The position numbers and the translations under genes are program-made. The notes below the pieces were generated by a model. That model was not told the DNA's origin. It saw only the letters and a list, made by a program, of their open reading frames with translations, and did not search any database. Below are positions 12,235-25,628 of a DNA stretch of 64,000 bases, one piece after another (the stretch's first letter is position 1; every line of letters begins with the position of its first letter). Origin of the DNA: Eledone cirrhosa (lineage: Eukaryota). The DNA lies in NCBI GenBank assembly GCA_964016885.1, contig OZ024740.1, positions 114,142,001 to 114,206,000 on the forward strand. The letters run 5' to 3'.

Positions 12235-14460
12235 CAAAACAAAACAAAACAAAACAAAACAAAACAAAACAAAACAAAACAAAACAAAACAAAACAAAAC
12301 AAAACAAAACAAAACAAAACAAAACAAAACAAAACAAAACAAAACAAAACAAAACAAAACAAAACAAAACAAAACAAAACAAAACAAAACAAAACAAAAC
12401 AAAACAAAACAAAACAAAATAAAATAAAATAAAATAAAATAAAATAAAATAAAATAAAATAAAATAAAATAAAATAAAATAAAATAAAATAAAAATTAAA
12501 TTAAAAATAATTATAATAATTATAAAAAAGACGTTTTTTAAAATAAAATAAAATAAACTAAAATAAAATAAAATAAAATAAAATAAAATAAAATGAAATA
12601 AAATAAAATAAAATAATATCGACTAGAATAAAAAATAAAAATAAGAATAGTCTATCTATGTCAATATTAAAAATTACTATTAAAAATTTATCTACATGAG
12701 GTTTAGTTTTTGATTATTATTTTATATCAACAAGTAAATAAAGGAAATAGCTAGAAAAATGTATAAACGTAGAAAGACATATGACGTCATAGATTGTTTA
12801 CAAAACCTACGAACGTTTGAACGAAAAATGTACGTCTATAGAGAAAGAGGTGAAAGGGTTAATAATGCAGCGAAAAAGGGGATTAATACATTGTAGAATA
12901 TAATGAAATATGTGAGTAAAAATGTGTGAAAAGATATATGTGTAAAAATATATATGTGTAAAAAAACCGTTATTCATAGAATAAGTTATAGGACATTAGC
13001 TGTATACTTTGTGAAAGGTCTTAAAAGATTTATGAATACAGAGACCAAATAAGTCCGTACGTCTATTTATTAAAGAGTTGAAATTCGAGATAATGGTAAA
13101 TTTTTCAGCTAGACATAAATTACAAACCCTAGATATGGAAGCATTGGAGTAAGGTAAAGCGTTGTAAATTTTACGCCTAGAGATTTCGTAATTAATGTTT
13201 TTGTCTTTTAAGGACCAAATAAGTTCTGAGAGTGCGGTGCTGGACCTTTTAAGTGGATATTTAAATGTAGAAGAATGGTTATAGAGTCTTGCTTTAACAG
13301 AAGTAGAAGTAGAGCCAATGTATGTATAGGTATTGCTACTAGTTACCACTTTATATTCGTAGATTAGGTTTTTATCGAGACAGGTATTACTAAGAGGATA
13401 ATTAGTTCTAAAAGGGCAGTTGCATCTACGAACAAGATTATTAACAGAATTATTTACTAGTGGCCCAGGATTATTTATAATAGGAACGGGAGTGGTGGAA
13501 TTATCTAAAGGAGGTGCTAAAGTTTCCTGATTTACATTACTATTTGAATCATTCCTCAAAGAGCGTTGTACCAAAGGATATTTTTATATCTAGATCTCCT
13601 CTTTATGTTACTGGTATGCTTATAACTAGCTACATTACTATAAGTTCTGCCAAGATTAGTTTCCTTAGTGTATTTAATTTTGTTTGGATATCCTGCCCTA
13701 GATAATGCATTATTATAATAGTTGGCATTAGCATCGAAGATATATTTATTAGAGGATAAATTAGAAATACTTTTTTCAACACTTCTGACTATAGCAGTAT
13801 TAACATTATTAAGGTAGTTTGATTTAAAATTAACATAATTTAGGTTCTCATTATCCTTATGGTATGGGTAATATAAGTCAAAATTGTTGGAAGTATCAGC
13901 TCTTGTCCAATGTGCATTGTTAAATTCCAGGATGGTTTTCCTTGCGGTGAGAATGATGTTCAATCCATCAGTAGTGATGTCCGAGTATTTAGACGCATAT
14001 GAGAGAGCCTTGTTAAGGAGTGAAGGAGAAATAGAAGAGTAATAGCTAGCAATGTCTAACTGAATAAATTTTAGTTTGCTTTTATTATTCAGGTCATTCA
14101 ACCAGTCTATCACATCAGACGTACCCGACCATAAATTGAATTGAGAATTAAAGCAAACCTGTGGGATAATTCTATCCAAGATGGATTTACTAACAACCCC
14201 CAGGTCAGATTTAGAAGGGGCAATTATTATTACAGCAAGTCGATTCGAAAATTTGTTTTGTGATCTTTCAGACTAATCCTCGGAATTCTTGGGAAGAAGG
14301 GTTCTGTTTTTTCCCAATACCAAGTTTGATAATAATCTCATATGCTTCGAAATTAATAGACTGAAGATTATCGTGGGTGGTTTTGCGATAATTTTTTCTT
14401 AGTTCACTAAGTATAAGGTTATTTTATTTATCCTTAGTTATACTACATAAGTAATTATTT
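11459..14460 (-). mobile_element. Penelope-like retroelement, copy 1 (5'-truncated, internally deleted)
   Basis: RT fragment 13556-14179 (FIQLDIASYYSSI); GIY-YIG endonuclease 12996-13574 (CNCPFRTNYPL..CLDKNLIY..YIGST..CNLCLAEK..CIH); 3' pLTR with HHR at 11580-11650; near-identical to 29856-33338; adjoins (TA)n. Confidence 0.9.
12083..12495. repeat. (TAAAA)n(CAAAA)n(TAAAA)n pentanucleotide array in the PLE 3' UTR
   Basis: Direct reading. Confidence 0.95.
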
Positions 14461-15680
14461 TATTTTTATTTGTACCCCCCCCCATTTTTTCTAAATGTCT
14501 CTCCACCACTCCCCCACACGCCCTCGGAACTCTCTCCCTACCCACTTTTCTCCTGATGAATGGCTTATGCCCGAAACGCCCCCCCCCCCACACACACACT
14601 CTCAAGAGCGTGAACCTAATAAACTTTTATTTGTACTGCCTCTCTGTTTTTGTTCCCATCCAAGTTTTCACTATATATTTATATATATTTATATATATAC
14701 ACGTATGTATATATATATACACACGTATGTATATATACATAAATCTATAAACATGTGTATTTATTATTAGATTTTAAAGTGTATGTGTTTATTATTAGAT
14801 TTACATATGTGTATGTATGTGAAAGTTTATTAACTTTTACATTTAAGATTTGCTTGTGTAATCGCTGTGTCGTTGTTGGTGTTGTGTGAGCCATTGGTAG
14901 TATTCGTTTGATGAGTTGTGTTTAACAGAGGTAACTGGAATGTATGAGGCATTAAAACGGTGACGATTTAACGAAGCATGATATCTGAAGTCTTAACACA
15001 TCAACTACAATTTTCAAGATTTTAACGATTTTATGAAAGGAGATTTGGCTATTCCACTGAGACAATCGAGTGACTGACTACGCAAAAACCCATTCCTTGG
15101 TTCATTGACATTACTAGAGTACTTTATAATTATAGATATTTAACAGCTGCAATATATTTAGAAAATACCAACAATAATAACAATAACATGAAGGAATAAT
15201 ATATAATAGAAATTCAAATATGTTAGAGTGAAATATGGAAATTAATATATTTCTATTAATTCAATCGATTTAAATAGGTATTGAGTTACAGTGTGTTTAA
15301 GAAAGCTTATCGAATGCAAGTAATTGTTTCTGTATCTCTTTGACGTTGTTGTTGATGATGTGGTTTATGTTATTTGAGTTATTGTTGTTGTTCATGAGTT
15401 TGTTTGTTTAAACACATATCCCCCTTCATTAAATATGGCAGACGCTTGAGAAAGGTACTTCAACGATGGAAATCCCATATTTTCTTTATGAATAATATAT
15501 CACGAAAAGAGTTGTAAACTTTAATTTGACTTGACTTTTCCTCCGGAATAGGGGCAGTGATTTTAAATATTTCAAGACCTGTGTGTTAAAGAGACTAAGT
15601 TGTATTCAGATAAGAGAAATAATCCGCCTGTATGCTTGCAACAACGTAGACTCAGCTAAATGCAAGCAAGAGTTAGATAA

Positions 15681-15857
15681 GTGTTTCTACTTTTGGCACA
15701 AGGCCAGCAATTACCCCAGTTTATTACTGGTGCTTTATTTTATCGATCCTGTAAGGATGAAAGCAAAGTTAACGTCAGTGAGATTTGAACTCAGAACGCA
15801 AAGGGCCATAAATCTATGCTGCACAGCATGATGTCTGACGCTCTACCGATACTGCCT
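15681..15857 (-). mobile_element. SINE with 12-bp TSD
   Basis: agagttagataa flanks both sides (15669-15680, 15858-15869). Confidence 0.85.
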
Positions 15858-15979
15858 AGAGTTAGATAATGGTGCTAAACCAGATGACTGGTTATGTCTC
15901 TGACTTAAGACATGGAACTGCGTGTCATTATATACTGGGATAATTCCTGGCAATAGTAGACACAATTATATATGATGTT

Positions 15980-16143
15980 CGATTGGCAGTATCAGTAGAG
16001 CGCCGAACAACATGGTTTGCGGCATAGAATTACGGTTCTTTACGTTCTGAGTTCTGGGTTCAAATCCCGCCAGTAAGTCCTGTGGTCGCTTTAATCGACT
16101 TTCCCCTCACCTTCAAATGGCTGTCCTTGTGCCTAAAATAGAA
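15980..16143 (+). mobile_element. SINE with 18-bp TSD
   Basis: A-box tggcagtatcagt, B-box ggttcaaatcc; acaattatatatgatgtt duplicated at 15962-15979 and 16144-16161. Confidence 0.85.
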
Positions 16144-16549
16144 ACAATTATATATGATGTTAATCAAAAACCCTGGAGACAGTTTACTGCTGTGTCCAAC
16201 ATATCAGGGTACAGCATAAAGGGTGAATTCAAGAATATAGGATTTTTAAGGACGTTGGAAATGATAGAGTTCCTAACTAATGTAAATACAAAGTCTGATA
16301 TAATAATATGTCCCGCACTGTTTTCCTGGGATTCTTCCAGAATAAATATAACACTGTGCATAGTTACTACATTAACGAAAATAAAAATTGTGAATGTATT
16401 TATTATCATGTTATCAAATAATAGATATCTTGTCGACAAATATATTACAGTATGGTCGTAAGAAAAATATTATTTTAGTACTGATGCGAAATGTAGCTTT
16501 AAAAGAACTACATTTCCCACAGATTAATATGTATATATATATCTGTATA

Positions 16550-16593
<44 letters not shown>

Positions 16594-16597
16594 TATT

Positions 16598-16669
<72 letters not shown>

Positions 16670-16764
16670 TGTGTGTGTGTATTTAGGTCTATATGCGCGC
16701 ATATCAGTCATGGCATGACTGTATTTTAACCATCAACATAGTCAGGGTATGTCAAGCATCAATT

Positions 16765-16817
16765 TATTTTATCTGATGAAAATAGCTCAGTACCTCTGAA
16801 ATATGTATAATAAAATA
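16765..16817 (+). ncRNA. Degenerate hammerhead motif, related to the 10843 family
   Basis: TATTTTAT-CTGATGA-[18 nt, poorly paired]-GAA-ATATGTAT-A-ATAAAATA. Confidence 0.5.
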
Positions 16818-16885
16818 TACTTGATCACATGAATGTCTATATTTGTTAATATTTTGAATTATCGCTATTAGCTTCCTCCGATAAC

Positions 16886-16986
<101 letters not shown>

Positions 16987-17150
16987 TCCCTCCATATATG
17001 TGTATATATATGTTTATGTATGTAATATTGAAAACTTTACTGTTATTGTTGATTTATTATAAATGATTTTCAGATTTATTTGCTAGTTCTTTTCGTTTTG
17101 AAAAAAATTTAGCCGGTGAAAATAAGTGTAAACAAACCTTGCATTCAGTC

Positions 17151-19039
17151 ATGAACACTGCGTTCATAACTAGAAGTGGTGGAGAGGCGGTAAGAGTGTT
17201 AAGCTCGCAGTCACCTCCTCTCACTACCTCATTGAAAGACATCGAAAATATCGTCAGTTTTGAAAACACGATGTCGGACGTTGATTGTAACATCAACACT
17301 AACACAAACACCAATAACATGCAAAATATAAACAACGCCAACCAGAACAACAACAACAACAACGATAATGACAACAAGAACAACAACAGCCACAATGATA
17401 ACAACAACACAACCACCAACAACAACAATGATAACAACAATACCACCAACAACAACAGCAACACGAACAACTCCACGAACAAGGAAAAGGTTTCTTTTGC
17501 TCAAACCGTCCAAAAGACGGAACTGTTCACATACCTTGACATTTCCCATGCTAGGGAAATGTTAAGCGATGCAAAACAGTACGTAACTTTTGGTGAGAGT
17601 GGTGCTTTCAGCATCACTTCTCCTCAACAGTTACGCAGAGAAACTGTTCTAAAAACAGTAATTTTTAGGACGGTTTCAAATGTGTCGAAAAAACCAGTTC
17701 AGTTATCCCAAAACGATATTGAACTGGTTCTGAAGAATTCCATGAAGGATATTGCCTTCATCCAAAAAGGGAAACATTTTGGAAGCATTTCAGTGTTGTT
17801 GAAAGACCAATTGACAGCACAAAAATATTCTGTATTGCCGATTGTGTCCCCCCTTTACAACTTTTTCCCCACATATATGGGGAAAAAGAACTAAAAAAAT
17901 AAAAATTTTGAACATTGCACCAAATGGAAACGTCTGGTGGATTCTAACTGGCTTCATCGATTTTGACGAAGACACCATCATCTCGGTGGGAAAGTCCTTC
18001 AGAAGCACATTCAATGGTACAAACATGGAAGTTCTGGTCCAAATGAGGCCAGAACGGATAGCTAAAATACCCCAACGTGTGCCTCTGGATGGAATTTCAC
18101 GCATAAACATTTCTGTTGAGGGTAGGCGGCCTTCATCTTACCACTGTTTAATCAGTGGTCACCTGAAGGCTTACTGTCCTCAGTTAACTAAAAATAAAAG
18201 GAGGCACTACTGCCAACACCCAAAACAACAACACAACCACCACCACCACCACCACCACAACAACAACAACAACAACACGCAAACACAATCAAAACAAGTA
18301 CAACAAACCAACATGCAAGCACAGTCCCACCCAACCCCAGTCCACCTAAAACCACTGCAAAAACACCCACAAACACAACAGATCGCCAAAACATACCCCT
18401 TCCAAATAACACAGACACCACAATGGACGAGGCCCCCATATCATCACCAAGTGATGATGAGGGTGAGCCTCTCTGTTCGAAAAGAAAGAAGAAAAGATCA
18501 CAAGAACAAAAAAACAACAAACATCACTACAAACATACAACCTCTAACACAAACAACACAAACATGACAAACAAAAACCCCCCGTCCCGAAAACAGAACC
18601 ACAACATCACTCCAAACACGAACACCAACAACAAAAGGAAAGCTTCCACAAGAACAACAGACAAACACCACCGCAACATAACAAGAACATTACACATACA
18701 TAAACAGTAAAAACAAAACCTAAAAGGAGGTCATCTCCAACGACCCTTCGGTTTTCACCGAAGGGAAAATTTTTTCGAACTGTGTAGACAAACCTAATTT
18801 AAAGATGATTAGGGTCCCTACGGACACCTATAAATCTTTAAAGGAAAACTGTCCTAAGGACGTGGGTAATCCTGTTGTTAAACCCATTAACCGCGTCCTT
18901 TTAAAAAGTCCACCCCCCACACTCCATCCCACCAAACAACTCCGCCCCCACCCCGCCAGAAACCACCACCCACCCAGACAACTCCTCTAACACCCCCATG
19001 GAAACCGTGCGGCCTGATCCCCAGGAGACGAAGAGGTGA
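17151..19039 (+). pseudogene. Tx1 ORF1 (gag-like): Asn-rich N-terminus and degenerate zinc knuckle
   Basis: ORF-track pieces 17139-17894, 17842-18567, 18423-18710 and 18805-18990 are joined by frameshifts; SYHCLISGHLKAYC is a CCHC knuckle with the first Cys lost. Confidence 0.75.
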
Positions 19040-19076
19040 GTGTTTTCTTCTCCTCTTTTAACTTTTCAGAACCAAC

Positions 19077-22000
19077 ATGGCCAATATAAGAGTTGGGTGT
19101 GTGAATGTACGCGGCCTGAGGATGCCCTGGAAACAGGACAAACTCTTAAACGACCTCAAGTCGCAGAGTATGGATGTAGTAGCCATTTGCGAGTACAGGA
19201 TCCACAGCGTGCGACAGCTGGCCCCCATCTTCGATGACTTTGAGATCTACGCATCTCTCTGTCAGCCGGGGGGTGGGACGGGGTTGCTGTTTTGCTGCGG
19301 AAACACCTGGGCCTCGTAACACAGACGGTACATCTGGACTCGGGGGGTCGACTGGTGGTCCTAGACGTTGACGGTAGTGAAGGTGGAGCCTTCATGCTGG
19401 TGGCCGCATATGCCCCATCCGGGACACCGCGGCCAGACTTCTTCAAACGTCTAGAGACTTTTCTGGGAACATCCCGCTCCTTGCTTTTAGTGGGGGACTG
19501 GAATGGATTCCTAGATGGACGTTGGGACTATGTGGGAGCATGTGCCGGTAAAGGGGGGTGTAACATCCTCAAACAGTTAATTTGCCAATTTGACCTGGCC
19601 GATAGATATCAACTAGATTTTCCGACTGTGCCACTGTGGACGTGGTCTAATCGTAGCGGATCATCTAGATCGTACCTAGATAGGGTTATAGTTAGAAATA
19701 AGGATAGGGACATGTTAAGCTGTCCACAAATGTTCATGGTTGCCTATTCAGATCACAAACTAGTAACCTGCATGGTCAACATTGATAGAACCCTTAAACA
19801 AGGAGCCGGGTACTGGAAGCTGAACTTGTCGTTACCGACATTCAGAGCCTACAGTAGACGGATTAGCACTTTAGTTAAACAGCACTTGACAGGGGCCATT
19901 GTCAACAACAGATGGTGGTACTCTCTCAAGAGGGCAGTTAGATTAGACTCGTTACATTTTAGTAAAGAATTAGCGCTAATTCTAACGCTAATTCTAATAG
20001 TTTTTAGTAAAGAATTAGCGTTAGATAGAAATAGAACCGAGAAAGAACTGGTAGATAAAGTAGAAGAGGCAATTAGAAGTGGCAACGTTGCCAGCGTGCT
20101 ATCAACGAGAACGGCCTTGGACCAGTTCTTCGATGCAAAGCATGAGGGCTGCGTTGTCAGAAGTAAAATACGTGCTCTGGGAAACGAGGGAGCCAAAGCT
20201 GTTAGCTGGGCCCGGGTGACGGAGGAAAAAGTGGCAACATATCCACGATTTGGTCTTTGAAGGAACAAAACGGACGCGTGATACTTTAGCCGAAGCAGAT
20301 GTGTGCGGCCTTTCAGCAGCACTTTGCTCAGCTGTTCGGGCAGGGCGGCGCGCCGGGAGGGGCTATGGATCTCGGTCCATACCTCGACGGCCTACCGAGA
20401 CTCTCGGACAGCGAGGAAAAGTTCTGCGAAAAGCCGATTTCAGCCGCTAAGATAGGGGACGCGTTGAGCCAATGCGGCAAACGCAAATCTCCAGGTCTCG
20501 ACGGTCTACCCTACGAATTTTACGTAACAATTCCGGACTTATTCTTCGGTCTCCTGGAAGCGGCCTACTGCAACTGGCAACAGACCGGAAGAATTCCCAG
20601 TTCTGTGACCGGGGGAGTAGTCAGACTAGTCAGGAAGGACGAGAATAAGGGAGATGACATAGGCAACTTCCGGCCCATAACTCTGCTAAACACAGAGTTA
20701 CAGATTTTGGCCAATGTGTTGGCAAAGAGGCTGGCGCTTGTCGTCGGGAACCTGGTGGGAGAAGCGCAAACATGCGCAAACCCGACCAGGTCCATACACG
20801 ACAAGCTCACCTCATGCAATACATCATAGAGAGGGTAGGGTGTAAACCCAGCTTCGGTGGGGCCCTGATCAACTTGGATCAGTGTAAGGCTTTCGATAGG
20901 GTTGACCATCGTTACCTGGATGCGGTACTCGAGGCGGCAGGCTTCGGACACGTGTTCAGTGGCTGGATTGCTGCAACGCATAACATCATTTGCTCAAGGG
21001 TTAAGGTGAACGGCTACCTCTCGGAGCCGTTCCATATCACGCGATCCATTCGACAGGGATGCCCTCTCTCATCCCTTGTGTACGTATTGTCTCTCGAGCC
21101 ACTACTGCGGAAGTTGGAGCTATTGCCGGGCATCCCTCTGGAACCGGGACTGCGGAAAGCGGCGTGACAGTAATGGTGTCGAGCGCCTCGCAAATCGAGG
21201 AAGTCGGCACCTTACTGAAGGAATACGAAAAGTTCACAGGAGCGAAGCTGAACCGGGAAAAGCCCATCGGTTTGCAACTCGGATCGTGGAGAGGCAGACC
21301 GATGCCTTCCGATGGCGTCGTCGGACGCTGGACGGAAGGACCAGTAAAGCTGCTCGGGGTCTGATTTGGTCCGGACCTCCAGGTGGAGAAGAACTGGAAC
21401 GAGGTGACGGCCAAGGTGTTTGCACTCATCCAGCAGTGGGCCGAGTGCAAACTATCCTTGAAATGTCGAGCAGAGGTGACGAACACTTTTATAGCCTCCG
21501 CCATCTACTACCGCTTGACCGTCGTGCCTTGTCCAGCCAAAACGTTCGCCAAAATGTAGCGCGCGCTCTTCCAATTCCTTTGGAAGAGGCGGGCTCCTAT
21601 GGTCAGAAGATCCATCTGTTGCCAACGCCCTTCCAAGGGAGGGCTGAGGATTCCGTGGCTAACGATGGGCAAACACGCGCTCAGGCTGCGGCATCTCCAC
21701 GTATTCCTCACCGGACAACCGGTGTGGGCCCCGTTCGTGAGGCGAGCCTTCCCACGACTCGTCTCGCTGACCGAGCTGCAGTCCTGTTTCAAGCAAAGAC
21801 CGAGGAAAATGGGCGACTGGCACATCGAATGTGCTCAGGCGCTCACAGCCCTCTGGCAGGCGGACCCGGCGATCAGTGGAGACTCCACTTCGTCATTCTA
21901 TAGAGGGCTGATCCGCAGCAAGTTCGACGACGTGCTCGGTGAAACTCTGGGCGTAGAGGAAGACGAACTGGCCAGTATGTTCGGTAGGACCTTCCACCTG

Positions 22001-22526
22001 GGACCGATGGACAATTTCCAAACGTCCCTGACCTGGCAGTGCTACCGAGGAGCTCTACCAGGTCGAGACAAACTCTTCAGACCTGGGCAGGGATCCTAAA
22101 AAAAAGATCTGTCCGAGGTGCGTGCGAGACGAAGAAACCGTCGCGCACGCATTCATACACTGCCCGGGGGTCACCGACCTGTGGGGCTATGTAGAGCGAC
22201 TATTGTCGCGGGTGGGAACAATCCGGTTGACCACCGAGTCCATTGTCATGATCAAACCGCCACCCTCCTTCAAAAACGAAGGAGAGGCGATTTTCCTTTG
22301 TGTGATAGATATGGCGAATAAGGTTGTATCGTGGACAAGGTTGAAAGGGCTGAGGTCAGACACCTTTCTCTCCGGCCAACAACTGATTCTTTTTTTCAAA
22401 TAACACTTTGGAAGAAGAATTAGGATGGAGAGAGAGGTGCTGTACCCCAGCAAGTTTTATGAAAGGTGGGTGAAAGTGGCGAGAATGGCCCGAGTGAATG
22501 GGCCTTCTCTCTATATCAGCCTGTAG
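19077..22526 (+). pseudogene. Tx1 ORF2: APE endonuclease, RT and C-terminal zinc finger
   Basis: MANIRVGCVNVRGL, YAP, GDWN, SYLDRV, SDHKLV, KSPGLDGLPYEFY, NFRPITLLN, LDQCKAFDRVDH, IRQGCPLS, CPRC..EETVAHAFIHC; several frameshifts and stops; YADD deleted near 21164. Confidence 0.92.
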
Positions 22527-22759
22527 GTCGAGGAAAAGGAGGAGGAGAGGAGAGGAGTACAAACTCTTCGTACTCCTGGAGATGAGGGTTGGACATTTTC
22601 TCGGGGATATGTGTTACCCATATGAACTGTCACCCCTATTGTGGAAAATCGACTAATTTTTAAATTGCATTTGTGATATTTTACACGTTTTTATTGTATG
22701 TAAACTTCCCCCTTTGTATTTGTCCCCTTCTTTTGTGCCCCAGTGGCTAATAAAGAAAC

Positions 22760-22790
<31 letters not shown>

Positions 22791-22801
22791 TATACAAATA
22801 T

Positions 22802-23100
22802 TGTTATACTTGGGGAAGGTCATATTTGCGTAATATTGCCAGAATTAATAACAGAGCACACTCACTGTTTGGTTGGTTTTCGCTTCTCGCTGTCTTTTAT
22901 ATCTGCGATCTAACTTACTCGGTCCTCAATGCTGCCATTAACTGACCGACGGTCAAAAATAATACAGATACAATATAGACACAAACACATATATATAGTT
23001 TACATAATTTACATAAATCTTTCGTTGCACATCTGCAACATCGTCAGTGGTGTTATATATATATATATTTTTTTTCCTCCTGTTGTGTTGTATGTCTACA
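22802..23100 (-). mobile_element. Possible solo LTR (~300 bp)
   Basis: Bounded by TG...CA (minus strand TGTAGAC...ATAACA), internal TATAAAAG on the minus strand, unique sequence between TA tracts. No clean TSD. Confidence 0.35.
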
Positions 23101-23117
23101 TATAAATACATACAAAT

Positions 23118-23193
<76 letters not shown>

Positions 23194-23194
<1 letters not shown>

Positions 23195-24932
23195 GATAAT
23201 CTACCAAAACGTACGGTAGTGTCCAATCCGTATGAAGAACTCAATGTAATCCGAATATCATGAAAAGAGAAGATGTATTCAAAAAATGTTTTCGATGAAA
23301 AATACAGGAAAACAGAGACAAGATAAATTAATAAAAATAATGAATAAAAACAAAGAAACAGTTCCTTTTATTAAAAAATTCATAATTTTACGATCGTTTG
23401 TAGGATATATATGTGTGTGTTGGTATGTATATCATATAGATCTATGTAAAATTTTTACAAACTATCAGAGGGAATATACATACCTACACATATATATGCT
23501 GTCGTCAGAAATAATTGTTTCTACTTTAGGCACAAGGGCAGCAATAACCCAGTGCATTACTGGTACTTTATTTTATCGACCCCGTAAAGATGAAAGGCAA
23601 AGTCAACCTCGGCGTGATTTGAACTCAGATCGTAAAGGTACGTAACTATGCTGGAAAGCATGGCGTCCGACTCTCTACCGATACTGCCAATCCACCGCGC
23701 TGTCTTCAGAAATAATGATATTTGTTTATTGATAAAAACCAACAAAGATTTAATATAATAGGTCTGTTTGGGAACAGGTTTTGAATTGACCAATAGAAAG
23801 GTAGTAAGTGGTCAAGATGGTAGAATAGTAGTAATAGAACTTTAATTTAGGGGTAGAGGAAAGCAGATTTCAGTTTTGAATGGAAAGAGTATAAGGAATG
23901 AAAAGATTATTTTGGGGATGAAAATAGGTCAAGTCGGTAATATGTACACGAAAAATTGATGTTATAAAAGAATAATGCTAATGTAAATATCTAAGGAGAA
24001 TAACATTTTACGATAAATGTGTTAGTGAAAAATGTTAATCTTATTTAAAATATAAGGAATTTACATCTATAAAAAGAAAATAAATTAATTAAATTGATAG
24101 GTATATTTATATTGATAAATTTATATTAATTCATATAGATATGATAAATAAGAGTTAGATGTAATTGAAGAGTGCTGTTAAAAGCGAAGGGAAAATAAAA
24201 AAATAATAATTATTATTATATTATTGGGGGGGGGGGTAAATTTATTAGTGAGAAATAACAAATGTATATAGATTATAAGGAATATAGATTCATAACCTGA
24301 AATTAAAATAGTTTATATGTATACTTATTGGTATAAATTTTAGGAAAAGATAGCTTTAAAAGGGAAATAAAATTATGCAGTTCATTAGTAGTAGAATATT
24401 AATTATAGGTTAACTAATTTTTAAAAAATGTTATTATAATAATTTGTAAAGTGTATATTAATTAGGTTTATAATATTTAAAAGTTCTTCTCAATTTATGA
24501 TTACATGATATAATTAATTCCTGTCGCTTATTTAATAGGATATCCTTAGATTTCATTATTTCAAAAAGGTCCTGGGAACATAATCTACATTCATATCTAT
24601 TATTTTGATAAGGGGTGGCCCTTTTCAGCACACTCCGGGTCAGGTTATAATCTATATTCCTTTTTCTATAATTATTAATTATTTCAGCTAAGAATGTTGT
24701 ATTAGCTAATGCGGCATTTTTAAAACTGTGTATCAATATAAATATACCTATCAATTTAATTAATTTATTTCCTTTTATAGATGTAAATTCCTTATATTTT
24801 AAATAAGATTAACATTTTTCACTAACACATTTATCGTAAAATGTTATTCTCCTTAGATATTTACATTAGCATTATTCTTTTATAACATATATTTTTCGTG
24901 TACCTTTTACCGACTTGACCTATTTTCATCCC
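23194..24932 (-). mobile_element. 5'-truncated PLE (second family): endonuclease C-terminus, 3' UTR and pLTR, with a 5' inversion
   Basis: ORF 24458-24754 has KRATPY..CRLC..LLNKRQELIISCNHK; 24731-24932 is the reverse complement of 23916-24117; 23194-23515 is homologous to 36600-36929; long-stem-II HHR remnant at 23381-23515. Confidence 0.85.
23516..23698 (-). mobile_element. Full-length SINE with 18-bp TSD, inserted in a PLE hammerhead
   Basis: gctgtcKtcagaaataat at 23498-23515 and 23699-23716; tRNA-like head gcggtggattggcagtatcggtagag and B-box gagttcaaatc on the minus strand. Confidence 0.9.
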
Positions 24933-25007
24933 ACAGACCCCCCCCCCCACACACACACATATATATATATATATATAATATGGAAATGGCTTCTACAAGA
25001 CCATTCA

Positions 25008-25362
25008 ATAATTGTTTCTACTTTTGGCACAAGCCAGCAAAATACCCCAGTGTATTACTGGTACTTTATTTTATCGACGTAGTAACGATGAAATGAAAAG
25101 TTAATCTCGGCGGAATTTTAACTCAGAATGGCAAGGGCCGTAACCCTATGCTTAATAGCATGGGCTCCGACCCTCTACCGATATTGCCAAATAATTGTTT
25201 CTACTTTTGGCACAAGGCCATCTATTATCCAGTACATTACTGGTACTTTATTTTATCGACCCCGTAAGGATGAAATGCAAAGTTAACCTCGGCGGGATTT
25301 GAACTCAGACCGTAAAGGGACGTAACTATGCTGGAAAGCATGGCGTCCGACTCTCTGCCAAA
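25008..25362 (-). mobile_element. Two tandem SINE copies
   Basis: Two ~180-bp units homologous to 23516-23698. Confidence 0.88.
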
Positions 25363-25628
25363 TAATGTTGTCCAGGAAGAGCTCTTCCTGTAAACTAAAG
25401 CAGGATGATCATCGCTGGAATGTCTGCAGTTATTAACCAGCCCTATCTGGATAAAGAATAGTAAAAGTAACATCAATTAACTGTAAAACGAAATAGACAT
25501 TAAATCATAATTATTTTCCAAAAAAATGTATATTTCACTAGAATACACAATAACTGACTGGAAATGTGAAGTGAAGTAGCAAAATGAACAGAATTATTGT
25601 TTATCTTTTTGTAACTGATTTAAAACAG

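Larger units (their letters stand above)
17050..22760 (+). mobile_element. Near-full-length Tx1/L1-clade LINE (pseudogenised)
   Basis: ORF1 and ORF2 both present; 3' UTR ends gtggctaataaagaaac followed by (TA)n. The 5' boundary is approximate. Confidence 0.93.

Noticed and set aside
14545-14615. CTGATGA-atGGC ttat GCCc-GAAACGC hammerhead-like motif
   Set aside because: Core and stem II are present, but stem III is disrupted by a poly-C/CA expansion and stem I cannot be paired; remnant at best.
15980-16075. tRNA-like A and B boxes
   Set aside because: They belong to SINE heads; there is no full cloverleaf, so these are not tRNA genes.
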